From: Escherichia coli
GTDB taxonomy: Bacteria; Pseudomonadota; Gammaproteobacteria; Enterobacterales; Enterobacteriaceae
Direction: 5' to 3' (one strand)
DNA length: 64,000 nucleotides
Assembly (NCBI RefSeq): GCF_041248615.1
Contig: NZ_CP158426.1
In this document: piece after piece, positions 42,563 to 53,341 of the stretch
Numbering within the stretch: position 1 is the stretch's first letter
Layout of the letters: every line of letters starts with the position of its first letter
The notes under the pieces: model-generated
Database searches by the model: none
What the model was told of the DNA's origin: nothing
The model's input: only the letters and a program-made list of their open reading frames with translations
Made by a program: the position numbers and the translations under genes

Positions 42563-44416
42563 ATGAGACGATTTCTGACGACGCTGATGATACTCCTGGT
42601 CGTGCTGGTGGCCGGGTTATCTGCGTTAGTGTTGCTGGTGAATCCGAATGATTTCCGCGACTATATGGTCAAGCAAGTTGCTGCACGTAGCGGTTATCAA
42701 TTGCAGCTCGACGGGCCACTGCGTTGGCACGTCTGGCCGCAGCTTAGTATCCTCTCCGGGCGAATGTCTCTCACCGCCCAGGGCGCGAGCCAGCCACTGG
42801 TTCGCGCCGACAACATGCGTCTGGACGTGGCGCTTTTACCACTGCTGAGTCATCAACTGAGCGTTAAGCAGGTAATGCTAAAAGGGGCAGTGATCCAACT
42901 GACGCCGCAGACGGAAGCGGTACGCAGTGAAGATGCCCCGGTTGCACCACGCGACAATACCTTGCCGGATCTGTCAGACGATCGCGGATGGTCGTTTGAT
43001 ATATCCAGTCTTAAGGTGGCGGACAGCGTGCTGGTGTTCCAGCATGAAGATGACGAGCAGGTGACAATCCGCAATATTCGCCTGCAAATGGAACAAGATC
43101 CCCAACATCGTGGTTCATTTGAGTTCTCCGGGCGGGGTAATCGCGATCAGCGCGATCTCACGATATCCCTTAACGGTACGGTAGATGCTTCTGATTATCC
43201 GCATGATTTAACGGCGGCTATTGAACAAGTTAACTGGCAGTTGCAGGGTGCAGATTTACCAAAACAAGGTATTCAGGGGCAGGGGAGTTTCCAGGCCCAG
43301 TGGCAGGAGTCACATAAACGCCTTTCATTTAACCAAATTAGTTTGACCGCCAATGACAGTACGCTGAGCGGGCAAGCACAGGTCACGCTGACAGAGCAAC
43401 CGGAATGGCAGCTGAGACTGCAATTTCCGCAACTGAATCTTGACAACCTCATCCCGCTTAATGAAACAGCGAACGGTGAAAACGGTGCCGCGCAGCAGGG
43501 GCAGAGCCAATCAACGTTGCCGCGCCCGGTCATTTCTTCGCGTATTGATGAACCGGCCTATCAGGGACTGCAAGGCTTTACGGCTGATATTTTGTTGCAG
43601 GCCAGTAACGTGCGCTGGCGCGGAATGAATTTTACAGATGTTGCCACGCAAATGACCAACAAGTCGGGTTTGCTGGAAATTACTCAACTGCAGGGCAAAC
43701 TTAACGGTGGACAGGTTTCACTGCCGGGCACGCTGGACGCGACATCAATAAATCCGCGGATAAACTTCCAGCCACGGCTGGAAAACGTTGAGATTGGTAC
43801 CATTCTGAAGGCGTTTAACTATCCGATTTCGTTGACCGGAAAGATGTCACTGGCTGGTGATTTCTCCGGTGCTGACATAGATGCCGACGCATTCCGCCAT
43901 AACTGGCAAGGACAGGCACATGTCGAAATGACCGACACGCGCATGGAAGGGATGAACTTCCAGCAGATGATTCAGCAAGCGGTAGAACGTAATGGTGGTG
44001 ATGTGAAGGCCGCTGAAAACTTCGATAACGTAACGCGTCTTGACCGCTTTACCACCGATTTGACGTTGAAGGATGGCGTCGTGACGTTAAACGACATGCA
44101 AGGTCAATCGCCCATGCTGGCGCTTTCCGGGGCTGGTACGTTGAATCTGGCGGAGCAAACCTGTGACACCCAGTTTGATATTCGGGTCGTGGGGGGCTGG
44201 AACGGGGAAAGCAAACTGATTGATTTCCTCAAAGAAACGCCAGTACCGCTTCGGGTTTATGGCAACTGGCAGCAACTCAATTACAGTCTGCAAGTGGATC
44301 AGTTACTGCGCAAACATCTACAGGACGAAGCGAAACGTCGCCTGAATGACTGGGCCGAGCGGAATAAAGATTCCCGCAATGGCAAAGATGTGAAGAAGTT
44401 GCTGGAGAAGATGTAG
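42563..44416 (+). CDS. asmA: AsmA outer-membrane assembly protein (AsmA-like family)
   Basis: 617 aa with N-terminal membrane anchor; udk-dcd-asmA order conserved. Confidence 0.9.
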   Translation: MRRFLTTLMILLVVLVAGLSALVLLVNPNDFRDYMVKQVAARSGYQLQLDGPLRWHVWPQLSILSGRMSLTAQGASQPLVRADNMRLDVALLPLLSHQLSVKQVMLKGAVIQLTPQTEAVRSEDAPVAPRDNTLPDLSDDRGWSFDISSLKVADSVLVFQHEDDEQVTIRNIRLQMEQDPQHRGSFEFSGRGNRDQRDLTISLNGTVDASDYPHDLTAAIEQVNWQLQGADLPKQGIQGQGSFQAQWQESHKRLSFNQISLTANDSTLSGQAQVTLTEQPEWQLRLQFPQLNLDNLIPLNETANGENGAAQQGQSQSTLPRPVISSRIDEPAYQGLQGFTADILLQASNVRWRGMNFTDVATQMTNKSGLLEITQLQGKLNGGQVSLPGTLDATSINPRINFQPRLENVEIGTILKAFNYPISLTGKMSLAGDFSGADIDADAFRHNWQGQAHVEMTDTRMEGMNFQQMIQQAVERNGGDVKAAENFDNVTRLDRFTTDLTLKDGVVTLNDMQGQSPMLALSGAGTLNLAEQTCDTQFDIRVVGGWNGESKLIDFLKETPVPLRVYGNWQQLNYSLQVDQLLRKHLQDEAKRRLNDWAERNKDSRNGKDVKKLLEKM

Positions 44417-44435
44417 GTTACCAGGTGACCTGTCC

Positions 44436-44472
44436 TGTAGGCCTGATAAGACGCGTGAAGCGTCGCATCAGG
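44436..44472. repeat. REP element downstream of asmA
   Basis: TGTAGGCCTGATAAGACGCGTGAAGCGTCGCATCAGGC palindrome. Confidence 0.55.
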
Positions 44473-44708
44473 CGTTCGTGGCGGCACCATTATATTCTGA
44501 ATATGTAAGATCGAAGGCTGTTCCGTTCACTTGATGTTCCTCGCTACTATGGAACGCTCAAGCCGGTGAACGTGCCAGGATGGCTCAATCTCCACCACCC
44601 TGGCAACCCGGACCCACACCCCCGCTGTGATGTCCATGTACCACAGACAACGCTTCATTGCTGAAGTTATAAGGCGTTACGCAGCATTGGGTAAAATGGC
44701 CGATACCA

Positions 44709-46292
44709 TCACACCTCGTACTCCATCTCGCCATCCTTACGCAGCGGTATAATCTGCACCTTCTGCACGCGATGGCTTTCCACCTGCAACGTTTTGAGCA
44801 AGTAATCCCCTACCTGAACTTCTTCGCCAGGTTTTGGAATACGCTGCAAATATTCCATCAGCAGCCCGGCAATGGTGTGATATTCGCGTTTCTCATCCAG
44901 CGGTAGCGGCACATATTGCACCAGATCTTCCAGTGGCATATGACCATTCGCCGTCCAGGAACCGTCGGCGTTTTTCTGAATATCATGGCGGGCGTCGATC
45001 TCTTCCACTTCGTTCGGTAAGTTACCGGCAATGGTTTCAGTGACGTCACTTAATGTCACAATCCCTTCCACCGAGCCAAACTCATCCACTACAAAAGCAA
45101 AGTGCGTGCGGGCATTACGGAACTGCTCCAGGGCAGGTAACAACGGCAAGGTTTCCGGGAACACCAGCGGCTGGCGAATCAACACCCGCAGGTTGAGCGG
45201 TTCGCCGCGCAGAGACTGTTGTAGCAGGTCGATAACGTGAACAACACCGAGCAAATCTTCTGCGTCATCACCGTCGGTAACCACCAACCGCGTATGCTGA
45301 TTTCGCTCCAGCAACTGGCGGATTTCTTCTTCCGGCGCGTTGAGATCGATATGCTCAATATCGTGGCGCGACGTCATAATGCTGCTGACGGTACGCTGGT
45401 TAAGATTAAGTACCCGCTCAATCATCCGCCGTTCCTGCGGATTAAAGATCTGCTGGTTACCATGATCCACCAGCATGGACGCGGTTTCGGCGTCCAGTTC
45501 CGCATCTTCTTTTTGCCCGCTAAGCAGGCGCATTACCGCTTCGGTAGTCCGCTGGCGCAGCGTCTGGTTAGCGGAAAGAAAACGTCGCCGGTTAAAGATA
45601 GCCAACTGATTGAGCGCCTCGATCATCACCGAGAAACCAATAGCAGCGTACAGGTAGCCTTTCGGAATGACGAAGCCGAAACCTTCTGCCACCAGGCTAA
45701 AGCCAATCATCAACAGGAAGCTTAAGCAGAGAATAACGATCGTCGGGTGACTGTTAACAAATTGCGTTAACGGCTTGCTGGCCATCAACATCAGGCTAAT
45801 AGCGATAACGACGGCGGCCATCATGACCAGTAAATGGTCGACCATCCCGACGGCGGTAATCACCGAGTCGAGTGAGAAGATGGCGTCCAGTACCACAATT
45901 TGTGTCACCACCCCCCAGAACTTCGCACCTTTGCGTTGTGTGGGGTTATTGCTGTCTTTCCCTTCCAGCCGTTCGTTCAGCTCCATCGTGGCTTTGAACA
46001 ACAGGAAGAAACCACCAAACAGCATGATTAAGTCGCGGGCGCTAAAGGTAAACGAGCGAAAGCTGAATAGCGGTTGTGTCAGGGTGACCAGCCAGGAGAT
46101 TGACGCCAGCAGTAACAGGCGCATTAACATCGCCAGCAGCAGCCCGGTAACCCGTGCGCGGTCGCGCTGCTTCGGCGGTAGTTTTTCGGCGAGGATGGCA
46201 ATAAAGACCAGGTTATCAATGCCGAGGACCAGTTCGATCACAATCAGCGTGATTAACCCGGCCCAGATAGACGGATCGGCAATCCATTCCAT
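44709..46292 (-). CDS. yegH: TerC-family membrane domain fused to CBS pair and CorC/HlyC transporter-associated domain
   Basis: ORF 44709..46358 trimmed to [34 protein letters not shown] (527 aa). Confidence 0.8.
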   Translation of the reverse strand: MEWIADPSIWAGLITLIVIELVLGIDNLVFIAILAEKLPPKQRDRARVTGLLLAMLMRLLLLASISWLVTLTQPLFSFRSFTFSARDLIMLFGGFFLLFKATMELNERLEGKDSNNPTQRKGAKFWGVVTQIVVLDAIFSLDSVITAVGMVDHLLVMMAAVVIAISLMLMASKPLTQFVNSHPTIVILCLSFLLMIGFSLVAEGFGFVIPKGYLYAAIGFSVMIEALNQLAIFNRRRFLSANQTLRQRTTEAVMRLLSGQKEDAELDAETASMLVDHGNQQIFNPQERRMIERVLNLNQRTVSSIMTSRHDIEHIDLNAPEEEIRQLLERNQHTRLVVTDGDDAEDLLGVVHVIDLLQQSLRGEPLNLRVLIRQPLVFPETLPLLPALEQFRNARTHFAFVVDEFGSVEGIVTLSDVTETIAGNLPNEVEEIDARHDIQKNADGSWTANGHMPLEDLVQYVPLPLDEKREYHTIAGLLMEYLQRIPKPGEEVQVGDYLLKTLQVESHRVQKVQIIPLRKDGEMEYEV

Positions 46293-46453
46293 AGTAAGTA
46301 CAAAACCTATTCGTTGTATGACAAATGTCACAATTCGATCATGGATAAATCGGGGCAAAAATGCAATGTTGCAGCACTATTTATCTCATATTATTTGAGG
46401 TTTATAACCTCACATTATCCCTGAATTAAAAGTGGTAATAATAAAACATTATT

Positions 46454-46467
46454 TAAGAAATATCGCA
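46454..46467 (+). promoter_or_regulatory. Candidate RcsAB box upstream of wza
   Basis: TAAGAAATATCGCA loosely resembles the recalled RcsAB box consensus TaAGaatatTCctA; the match is weak. Confidence 0.25.
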
Positions 46468-46760
46468 TATGGAGACACAATATTAAATATTGTCAACCTA
46501 AAGAAACTCCTAAAAACCATATTGAATGACACTTAATATAATTCTTAAAAATAGCCAATTGCCGAATTGTTACCTTGCCTGCTATTCCGTTAGCTGTAAC
46601 ACTTCCTCCTGCATTATTGGAGAGCCAATCTTCAATTACCATAATGTCACCTTATATTCGGAAGTTAATTTCCGCAATAACCCTTTCTCATCAACGACTG
46701 TATGTTGAGAGGGTTTTAAAAATTAAGCTAAATCAGTATATTGGTAGCTAAAAAGCCAGG

Positions 46761-46772
46761 GGCGGTAGCGTG
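46761..46772 (+). promoter_or_regulatory. ops element (GGCGGTAGCGTG) within a JUMPstart sequence in the wza leader; RfaH-dependent antitermination signal
   Basis: Exact match to GGCGGTAGNNTG about 180 nt upstream of the wza start. Confidence 0.65.
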
Positions 46773-46950
46773 TCTGGATGCCTGAAAGACCAGTCTGAAT
46801 TATTCTGTCAATAGCCTGCGGATGAAATCAATTTTTTTAGGACTGATGCCAGTTAAATTTTTATTCAATTAACTGCAAGGTAAATGTGCATGGCGACATT
46901 GCTATTAATAGTGCACAGGATAATTACTCTGCCAAAGTGATAAATAAACA

Positions 46951-48090
46951 ATGATGAAATCCAAAATGAAATTGATGCCATTATTGGTGTCAGTAACCTT
47001 GATAAGCGGTTGCACAGTACTTCCGGGCAGCAATATGTCGACGATGGGCAAAGACGTCATCAAACAGCAGGACGCTGATTTCGATCTCGACAAAATGGTG
47101 AATGTTTATCCGCTGACCCCGCGCCTGATTGACCAATTACGACCACGCCCCAACGTAGCGCGCCCCAATATGACGCTGGAAAGTGAGATCGCGAATTACC
47201 AGTATCGCGTCGGGCCGGGGGACGTTCTTAATGTCACCGTCTGGGATCACCCGGAACTCACCACGCCAGCCGGTCAGTACCGCAGCTCCAGCGACACCGG
47301 CAACTGGGTACAGCCTGACGGCACCATGTTCTACCCGTATATCGGCAAAGTTCTCGTGGTGGGGAAAACGCTCGCTGAAATCCGCAGTGATATTACCGGG
47401 CGCTTAGCGACGTACATCGCTGACCCGCAGGTGGACGTTAATATCGCCGCCTTCCGCTCGCAAAAAGCCTATATCTCCGGCCAGGTGAATAAATCCGGCC
47501 AACAGGCGATCACCAACGTGCCACTGACCATTCTCGATGCCATCAACGCCGCAGGTGGCCTGACCGACACCGCTGACTGGCGCAACGTGGTGCTAACACA
47601 CAATGGTCGTGAAGAGCGCATTTCTTTGCAGGCGCTGATGCAAAACGGCGACCTCAATCAGAACCGACTGCTTTACCCCGGCGATATTCTCTACGTGCCG
47701 CGTAATGATGATCTGAAAGTGTTTGTGATGGGTGAAGTGAAGAAACAGAGCACCCTGAAAATGGACTTTAGCGGCATGACCCTGACTGAAGCCCTGGGTA
47801 ATGCTGAAGGCATCGACATGACCACCTCCAACGCCAGCGGCATCTTTGTCATTCGTCCGCTGAAAGGCGAGGGCGGGCGTAACGGCAAGATTGCCAATAT
47901 CTATCAGCTGGATATGTCCGATGCGACGTCGCTGGTGATGGCGACAGAATTCCGCCTACAACCTTATGACGTGGTGTATGTCACCACCGCCCCGGTTTCC
48001 CGCTGGAACCGTCTGATCAATCAGTTGCTGCCAACTATTAGCGGTGTCCGTTACATGACGGATACAGCCAGCGACATTCATAACTGGTAA
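46951..48090 (+). CDS. wza: Colanic acid export outer-membrane lipoprotein (OPX family)
   Basis: 379 aa [23 protein letters not shown].... Confidence 0.95.
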   Translation: MMKSKMKLMPLLVSVTLISGCTVLPGSNMSTMGKDVIKQQDADFDLDKMVNVYPLTPRLIDQLRPRPNVARPNMTLESEIANYQYRVGPGDVLNVTVWDHPELTTPAGQYRSSSDTGNWVQPDGTMFYPYIGKVLVVGKTLAEIRSDITGRLATYIADPQVDVNIAAFRSQKAYISGQVNKSGQQAITNVPLTILDAINAAGGLTDTADWRNVVLTHNGREERISLQALMQNGDLNQNRLLYPGDILYVPRNDDLKVFVMGEVKKQSTLKMDFSGMTLTEALGNAEGIDMTTSNASGIFVIRPLKGEGGRNGKIANIYQLDMSDATSLVMATEFRLQPYDVVYVTTAPVSRWNRLINQLLPTISGVRYMTDTASDIHNW

Positions 48091-48095
48091 TCGTC

Positions 48096-48539
48096 ATGTT
48101 TAACAACATCTTAGTTGTCTGTGTCGGCAATATTTGCCGTTCCCCGACGGCGGAACGCTTACTGCAACGTTATCACCCGGAGCTAAAAGTGGAGTCCGCT
48201 GGACTCGGCGCGCTGGTCGGAAAGGGCGCTGATCCTACCGCTATCAGCGTCGCCGCAGAACATCAACTGTCTCTGGAAGGTCATTGCGCACGGCAAATCA
48301 GCCGCCGTCTGTGTCGCAACTACGACCTGATTTTGACCATGGAAAAGCGCCATATCGAACGCTTATGCGAGATGGCACCGGAGATGCGCGGCAAAGTTAT
48401 GCTGTTTGGTCACTGGGATAACGAATGTGAAATCCCCGATCCGTATCGCAAAAGCCGGGAAACGTTTGTAGCGGTGTACACATTACTTGAACGGTCTGCC
48501 CGCCAGTGGGCGCAGGCATTGAACGCAGAGCAGGTATAA
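48096..48539 (+). CDS. wzb: Low-molecular-weight protein-tyrosine phosphatase
   Basis: 147 aa with CVGNICRS P-loop. Confidence 0.95.
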   Translation: MFNNILVVCVGNICRSPTAERLLQRYHPELKVESAGLGALVGKGADPTAISVAAEHQLSLEGHCARQISRRLCRNYDLILTMEKRHIERLCEMAPEMRGKVMLFGHWDNECEIPDPYRKSRETFVAVYTLLERSARQWAQALNAEQV

Positions 48540-48541
48540 GA

Positions 48542-50704
48542 ATGACAGAAAAAGTAAAACAACATGCCGCTCCGGTAACGGGCAGTGATGAAATCGATAT
48601 TGGTCGCCTGGTCGGCACCGTCATTGAAGCGCGCTGGTGGGTAATTGGCATCACCGCCGTATTCGCCCTCTGTGCCGTGGTTTACACCTTCTTCGCCACG
48701 CCGATATACAGCGCCGACGCACTGGTACAAATCGAACAAAGCAGCGGCAATTCGTTAGTGCAGGATATCGGATCGGCATTAGCCAACAAACCGCCAGCAT
48801 CGGACGCCGAGATCCAGTTGATTCGTTCTCGCCTGGTGCTTGGTAAAACGGTGGACGATCTCGACCTCGATATTGCGGTGAGCAAAAACACGTTCCCGAT
48901 TTTCGGTGCGGGCTGGGAGCGCCTGATGGGACGCCAGAACGAGACGGTGAAAGTGACTACCTTTAACCGTCCGAAAGAGATGGCGGATCAGGTGTTTACG
49001 CTTAATGTGCTGGATGACAAAAACTACACCCTGAGCAGTGATGGCGGCTTTAGCGCCCGTGGACAAGCGGGCCAGATGCTGAAAAAAGAAGGCGTCACGC
49101 TGATGGTTGAAGCCATTCACGCCCGCCCGGGCAGTGAGTTTACCGTCACCAAATACTCCACGCTGGGGATGATCAACCAACTGCAAAACAGCCTGACGGT
49201 AATGGAGAACGGCAAAGACGCAGGCGTACTGAGCCTGACTTATACCGGTGAAGACCGCGAACAGATCCGCGACATTCTTAACAGTATCGCCCGTAACTAT
49301 CAGGAACAAAATATTGAGCGCAAATCCGCGGAAGCGTCGAAAAGCCTCGCTTTCCTCGCGCAACAGTTACCGGAAGTACGTAGCCGCCTCGATGTTGCCG
49401 AAAACAAACTGAATGCCTTCCGTCAGGATAAAGATTCAGTTGATCTGCCGCTGGAAGCGAAAGCGGTGCTCGATTCGATGGTGAACATCGACGCGCAGTT
49501 GAACGAACTGACCTTTAAAGAGGCGGAAATCTCCAAGCTGTACACCAAAGTTCACCCGGCGTACCGCACGCTGCTGGAGAAACGGCAGGCGCTGGAAGAC
49601 GAAAAAGCCAAACTTAATGGTCGCGTAACGGCGATGCCGAAAACCCAGCAGGAGATTGTGCGCCTGACCCGCGATGTCGAGTCTGGTCAGCAGGTCTATA
49701 TGCAACTGCTGAATAAAGAGCAGGAGCTGAAAATCACCGAAGCCAGCACCGTCGGCGATGTGCGCATTGTTGACCCGGCAATCACTCAGCCTGGTGTGCT
49801 GAAACCGAAGAAAGGGTTGATTATCCTCGGTGCAATTATCCTCGGCCTGATGCTCTCAATCGTGGGTGTGCTGCTGCGCTCGTTGTTTAATCGCGGTATC
49901 GAAAGCCCGCAAGTACTGGAAGAACACGGTATTAGCGTCTATGCCAGCATCCCGCTGTCGGAATGGCAGAAAGCGCGCGATAGCGTCAAAACCATCAAAG
50001 GGGTTAAACGCTATAAACAGAGCCAGCTACTGGCAGTGGGGAATCCAACCGATCTGGCGATTGAAGCCATCCGCAGTCTGCGTACCAGTCTGCACTTCGC
50101 GATGATGCAGGCGCAGAACAATGTGTTGATGATGACCGGGGTTAGCCCGTCAATCGGTAAAACCTTTGTCTGCGCTAACCTGGCGGCGGTGATCAGTCAG
50201 ACCAATAAACGGGTGTTGTTGATCGACTGCGATATGCGCAAAGGCTACACCCACGAGCTGTTGGGCACCAATAACGTCAATGGCCTGTCGGAAATTCTGA
50301 TTGGTCAGGGCGATATTACTACCGCTGCTAAACCGACCTCTATTGCCAAATTTGACCTGATCCCGCGCGGTCAGGTGCCGCCAAATCCTTCTGAACTGTT
50401 GATGAGCGAACGCTTTGCCGAACTGGTGAACTGGGCGAGTAAAAACTATGACCTGGTGTTGATTGATACGCCGCCGATTCTGGCAGTGACCGATGCGGCA
50501 ATTGTTGGTCGTCATGTCGGAACGACGTTAATGGTGGCGCGTTATGCGGTCAACACATTGAAAGAAGTGGAAACCAGTCTGAGCCGCTTTGAGCAAAACG
50601 GTATTCCGGTGAAAGGGGTGATTCTGAACTCCATCTTCCGCCGCGCCAGCGCGTATCAGGATTATGGCTATTACGAATACGAATATAAGTCGGATGCGAA
50701 ATAA
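48542..50704 (+). CDS. wzc: Tyrosine autokinase / polysaccharide co-polymerase
   Basis: ORF 48506..50704 trimmed to MTEKVKQHAAPV (720 aa); Walker A (SPSIGKT) and C-terminal Tyr-rich tail (YQDYGYYEYEY). Confidence 0.95.
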   Translation: MTEKVKQHAAPVTGSDEIDIGRLVGTVIEARWWVIGITAVFALCAVVYTFFATPIYSADALVQIEQSSGNSLVQDIGSALANKPPASDAEIQLIRSRLVLGKTVDDLDLDIAVSKNTFPIFGAGWERLMGRQNETVKVTTFNRPKEMADQVFTLNVLDDKNYTLSSDGGFSARGQAGQMLKKEGVTLMVEAIHARPGSEFTVTKYSTLGMINQLQNSLTVMENGKDAGVLSLTYTGEDREQIRDILNSIARNYQEQNIERKSAEASKSLAFLAQQLPEVRSRLDVAENKLNAFRQDKDSVDLPLEAKAVLDSMVNIDAQLNELTFKEAEISKLYTKVHPAYRTLLEKRQALEDEKAKLNGRVTAMPKTQQEIVRLTRDVESGQQVYMQLLNKEQELKITEASTVGDVRIVDPAITQPGVLKPKKGLIILGAIILGLMLSIVGVLLRSLFNRGIESPQVLEEHGISVYASIPLSEWQKARDSVKTIKGVKRYKQSQLLAVGNPTDLAIEAIRSLRTSLHFAMMQAQNNVLMMTGVSPSIGKTFVCANLAAVISQTNKRVLLIDCDMRKGYTHELLGTNNVNGLSEILIGQGDITTAAKPTSIAKFDLIPRGQVPPNPSELLMSERFAELVNWASKNYDLVLIDTPPILAVTDAAIVGRHVGTTLMVARYAVNTLKEVETSLSRFEQNGIPVKGVILNSIFRRASAYQDYGYYEYEYKSDAK

Positions 50705-50725
50705 CGACGCCTGCATTCGCACCGC

Positions 50726-50762
50726 CCCGTAGGCCGGATAAGGCGTTCACGCCGCATCCGGC
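50726..50762. repeat. REP element between wzc and wcaA
   Basis: GCCGGATAAGGCGTTCACGCCGCATCCGGC palindrome. Confidence 0.55.
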
Positions 50763-50796
50763 AAGCAAACCAGCTCATAAGCCGGGAGAACAACCT

Positions 50797-51636
50797 ATGA
50801 AAGACAATCCGCTGATCTCAATCTATATGCCGACCTGGAACCGCCAACAACTGGCGATTCGGGCGATAAAATCGGTCCTGCGCCAGGACTACAGTAACTG
50901 GGAGATGATCATCGTGGATGATTGCTCCACCTCCTGGGAACAGCTGCAACAGTACGTTACAGCCCTCAACGACCCGCGTATTACCTACATTCACAACGAC
51001 ATTAACAGCGGGGCGTGCGCGGTACGTAACCAGGCGATTATGCTGGCGCAAGGGGAATACATCACCGGGATCGATGATGATGATGAATGGACACCCAACC
51101 GCCTGAGCGTCTTCCTCGCCCATAAACAGCAACTGGTCACACACGCCTTTTTGTACGCTAACGACTACGTTTGCCAGGGCGAAGTCTATTCCCAACCGGC
51201 AAGTTTGCCGCTGTATCCCAAATCGCCGTATTCACGCCGCCTGTTCTACAAACGCAATATCATTGGCAATCAGGTCTTTACCTGGGCGTGGCGTTTCAAA
51301 GAGTGTTTGTTCGATACCGAACTGAAAGCGGCACAGGATTACGACATTTTCCTGCGGATGGTGGTGGAGTACGGCGAACCGTGGAAAGTGGAAGAGGCGA
51401 CGCAGATCCTGCATATCAATCACGGTGAAATGCAGATCACCTCGTCACCGAAAAAATTCTCCGGATACTTCCACTTTTACCGCAAGCACAAAGACAAATT
51501 CGACCGTGCCAGCAAAAAATATCAGCTGTTTACCCTCTACCAGATCCGCAATAAACGCATGACCTGGCGGACGTTGTTGACGCTGCTATCGGTGCGTAAC
51601 GGCAAACGTCTGGCTGAAGGAATACGGGGGCGTTAA
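50797..51636 (+). CDS. wcaA: Colanic acid glycosyltransferase (GT2 family)
   Basis: 279 aa; ISIYMPTWNRQQ... and DDDDEW (DXD) motif. Confidence 0.9.
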   Translation: MKDNPLISIYMPTWNRQQLAIRAIKSVLRQDYSNWEMIIVDDCSTSWEQLQQYVTALNDPRITYIHNDINSGACAVRNQAIMLAQGEYITGIDDDDEWTPNRLSVFLAHKQQLVTHAFLYANDYVCQGEVYSQPASLPLYPKSPYSRRLFYKRNIIGNQVFTWAWRFKECLFDTELKAAQDYDIFLRMVVEYGEPWKVEEATQILHINHGEMQITSSPKKFSGYFHFYRKHKDKFDRASKKYQLFTLYQIRNKRMTWRTLLTLLSVRNGKRLAEGIRGR

Positions 51637-51638
51637 GG

Positions 51639-52127
51639 ATGCTGGAAGATCTGCGCGCCAACAGCTGGAGTTTACGCCCGTGCTGCATGGTGCTTGCCTA
51701 TCGCGTCGCCCATTTTTGTTCAGTGTGGCGCAAAAAGAACGTTCTCAACAATCTGTGGGCGGCTCCGCTGCTGGTGCTGTATCGCATTATCACCGAAGGC
51801 TTTTTCGGTTATGAAATCCAGGCCGCTGCGACCATTGGCCGCCGTTTCACTATCCATCACGGTTACGCCGTAGTGATCAATAAAAACGTGGTAGCGGGGG
51901 ATGATTTCACCATTCGCCACGGCGTCACTATCGGCAATCGGGGGGCCGATAACATGGCATGTCCACACATTGGTAACGGTGTCGAACTCGGTGCCAACGT
52001 CATTATTCTTGGTGATATCACGATTGGTAACAACGTCACCGTGGGCGCGGGCAGCGTGGTGCTCGACTCTGTCCCGGACAACGCGCTGGTGGTGGGAGAA
52101 AAAGCGCGAGTGAAGGTAATTAAATGA
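51639..52127 (+). CDS. wcaB: Colanic acid acetyltransferase (hexapeptide repeat)
   Basis: 162 aa; left-handed beta-helix repeats. Confidence 0.9.
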   Translation: MLEDLRANSWSLRPCCMVLAYRVAHFCSVWRKKNVLNNLWAAPLLVLYRIITEGFFGYEIQAAATIGRRFTIHHGYAVVINKNVVAGDDFTIRHGVTIGNRGADNMACPHIGNGVELGANVIILGDITIGNNVTVGAGSVVLDSVPDNALVVGEKARVKVIK

Positions 52128-53341
52128 ATATTTTGCAATTTAATGTGCGACTGGCGGAAGGCGGGGCGGCAGGTGTGGCGTTAGATCTCCACCAGCGTGC
52201 GCTGCAACAGGGGCTGGCGTCACATTTTGTCTACGGCTACGGCAAAGGCGGCAAAGAGAGCGTCAGCCATCAAAACTATCCGCAGGTCATCAAACATACG
52301 CCGCAGATGACCGCGATGGCGAACATTGCCCTGTTTCGTCTGTTTAATCGCGATCTGTTTGGCAATTTCAATGAGTTATATCGCACCATTACTCGCACAC
52401 CGGGCCCGGTGGTTCTGCATTTTCATGTGCTGCACAGCTACTGGCTAAATCTTAAGAGCGTGGTGCGCTTTTGCGAAAAGGTGAAAAACCACAAACCGGA
52501 TGTCACTCTGGTCTGGACGCTGCACGATCACTGGAGCGTTACCGGACGCTGCGCCTTTACCGACGGTTGCGAAGGCTGGAAAACGGGCTGCCAGAAATGC
52601 CCGACCTTAAATAATTATCCGCCGGTGAAGATTGATCGCGCACACCAGCTGGTGGCGGGCAAACGCCAGTTATTCCGTGAGATGCTGGCGCTGGGCTGTC
52701 AGTTTATTTCCCCCAGCCAGCATGTGGCTGATGCTTTCAATAGTCTGTACGGTCCAGGGCGTTGCCGGATTATCAATAATGGCATTGATATGGCAACCGA
52801 AGCGATTCTGGCGGACTTGCCTCCGGTGCGCGAAACTCAGGGCAAGCCGAAAATCGCGGTGGTAGCGCATGACCTGCGTTACGACGGCAAAACTAACCAG
52901 CAACTGGTACGCGAGATGATGGCGCTGGGCGACAAAATCGAACTGCATACCTTTGGTAAGTTCTCGCCGTTCACCGCTGGCAACGTGGTTAATCACGGCT
53001 TTGAAACTGACAAGCGCAAGTTGATGAGCGCGCTCAATCAGATGGATGCGCTGGTATTCAGTTCTCGCGTCGATAACTACCCGCTAATTTTGTGTGAGGC
53101 GCTATCGATTGGCGTGCCGGTGATTGCCACCCATAGCGACGCGGCGCGGGAAGTGCTGCAAAAATCCGGCGGTAAAACCGTCAGTGAAGAAGACGTGCTG
53201 CAACTGGTCCAGTTAAGCAAACCGGAAATCGCGCAGGCGGTATTTGGTACCACGCTGGCTGAGTTCAGCCAGCGCAGCCGTGCCGCCTACAGTGGACAAC
53301 AGATGCTGGAGGAGTATGTCAACTTCTATCAGAATCTGTAG
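52124..53341 (+). CDS. wcaC: Colanic acid glycosyltransferase (GT4-like)
   Basis: 405 aa; order and recalled sequence. Confidence 0.9.
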   Translation: MNILQFNVRLAEGGAAGVALDLHQRALQQGLASHFVYGYGKGGKESVSHQNYPQVIKHTPQMTAMANIALFRLFNRDLFGNFNELYRTITRTPGPVVLHFHVLHSYWLNLKSVVRFCEKVKNHKPDVTLVWTLHDHWSVTGRCAFTDGCEGWKTGCQKCPTLNNYPPVKIDRAHQLVAGKRQLFREMLALGCQFISPSQHVADAFNSLYGPGRCRIINNGIDMATEAILADLPPVRETQGKPKIAVVAHDLRYDGKTNQQLVREMMALGDKIELHTFGKFSPFTAGNVVNHGFETDKRKLMSALNQMDALVFSSRVDNYPLILCEALSIGVPVIATHSDAAREVLQKSGGKTVSEEDVLQLVQLSKPEIAQAVFGTTLAEFSQRSRAAYSGQQMLEEYVNFYQNL

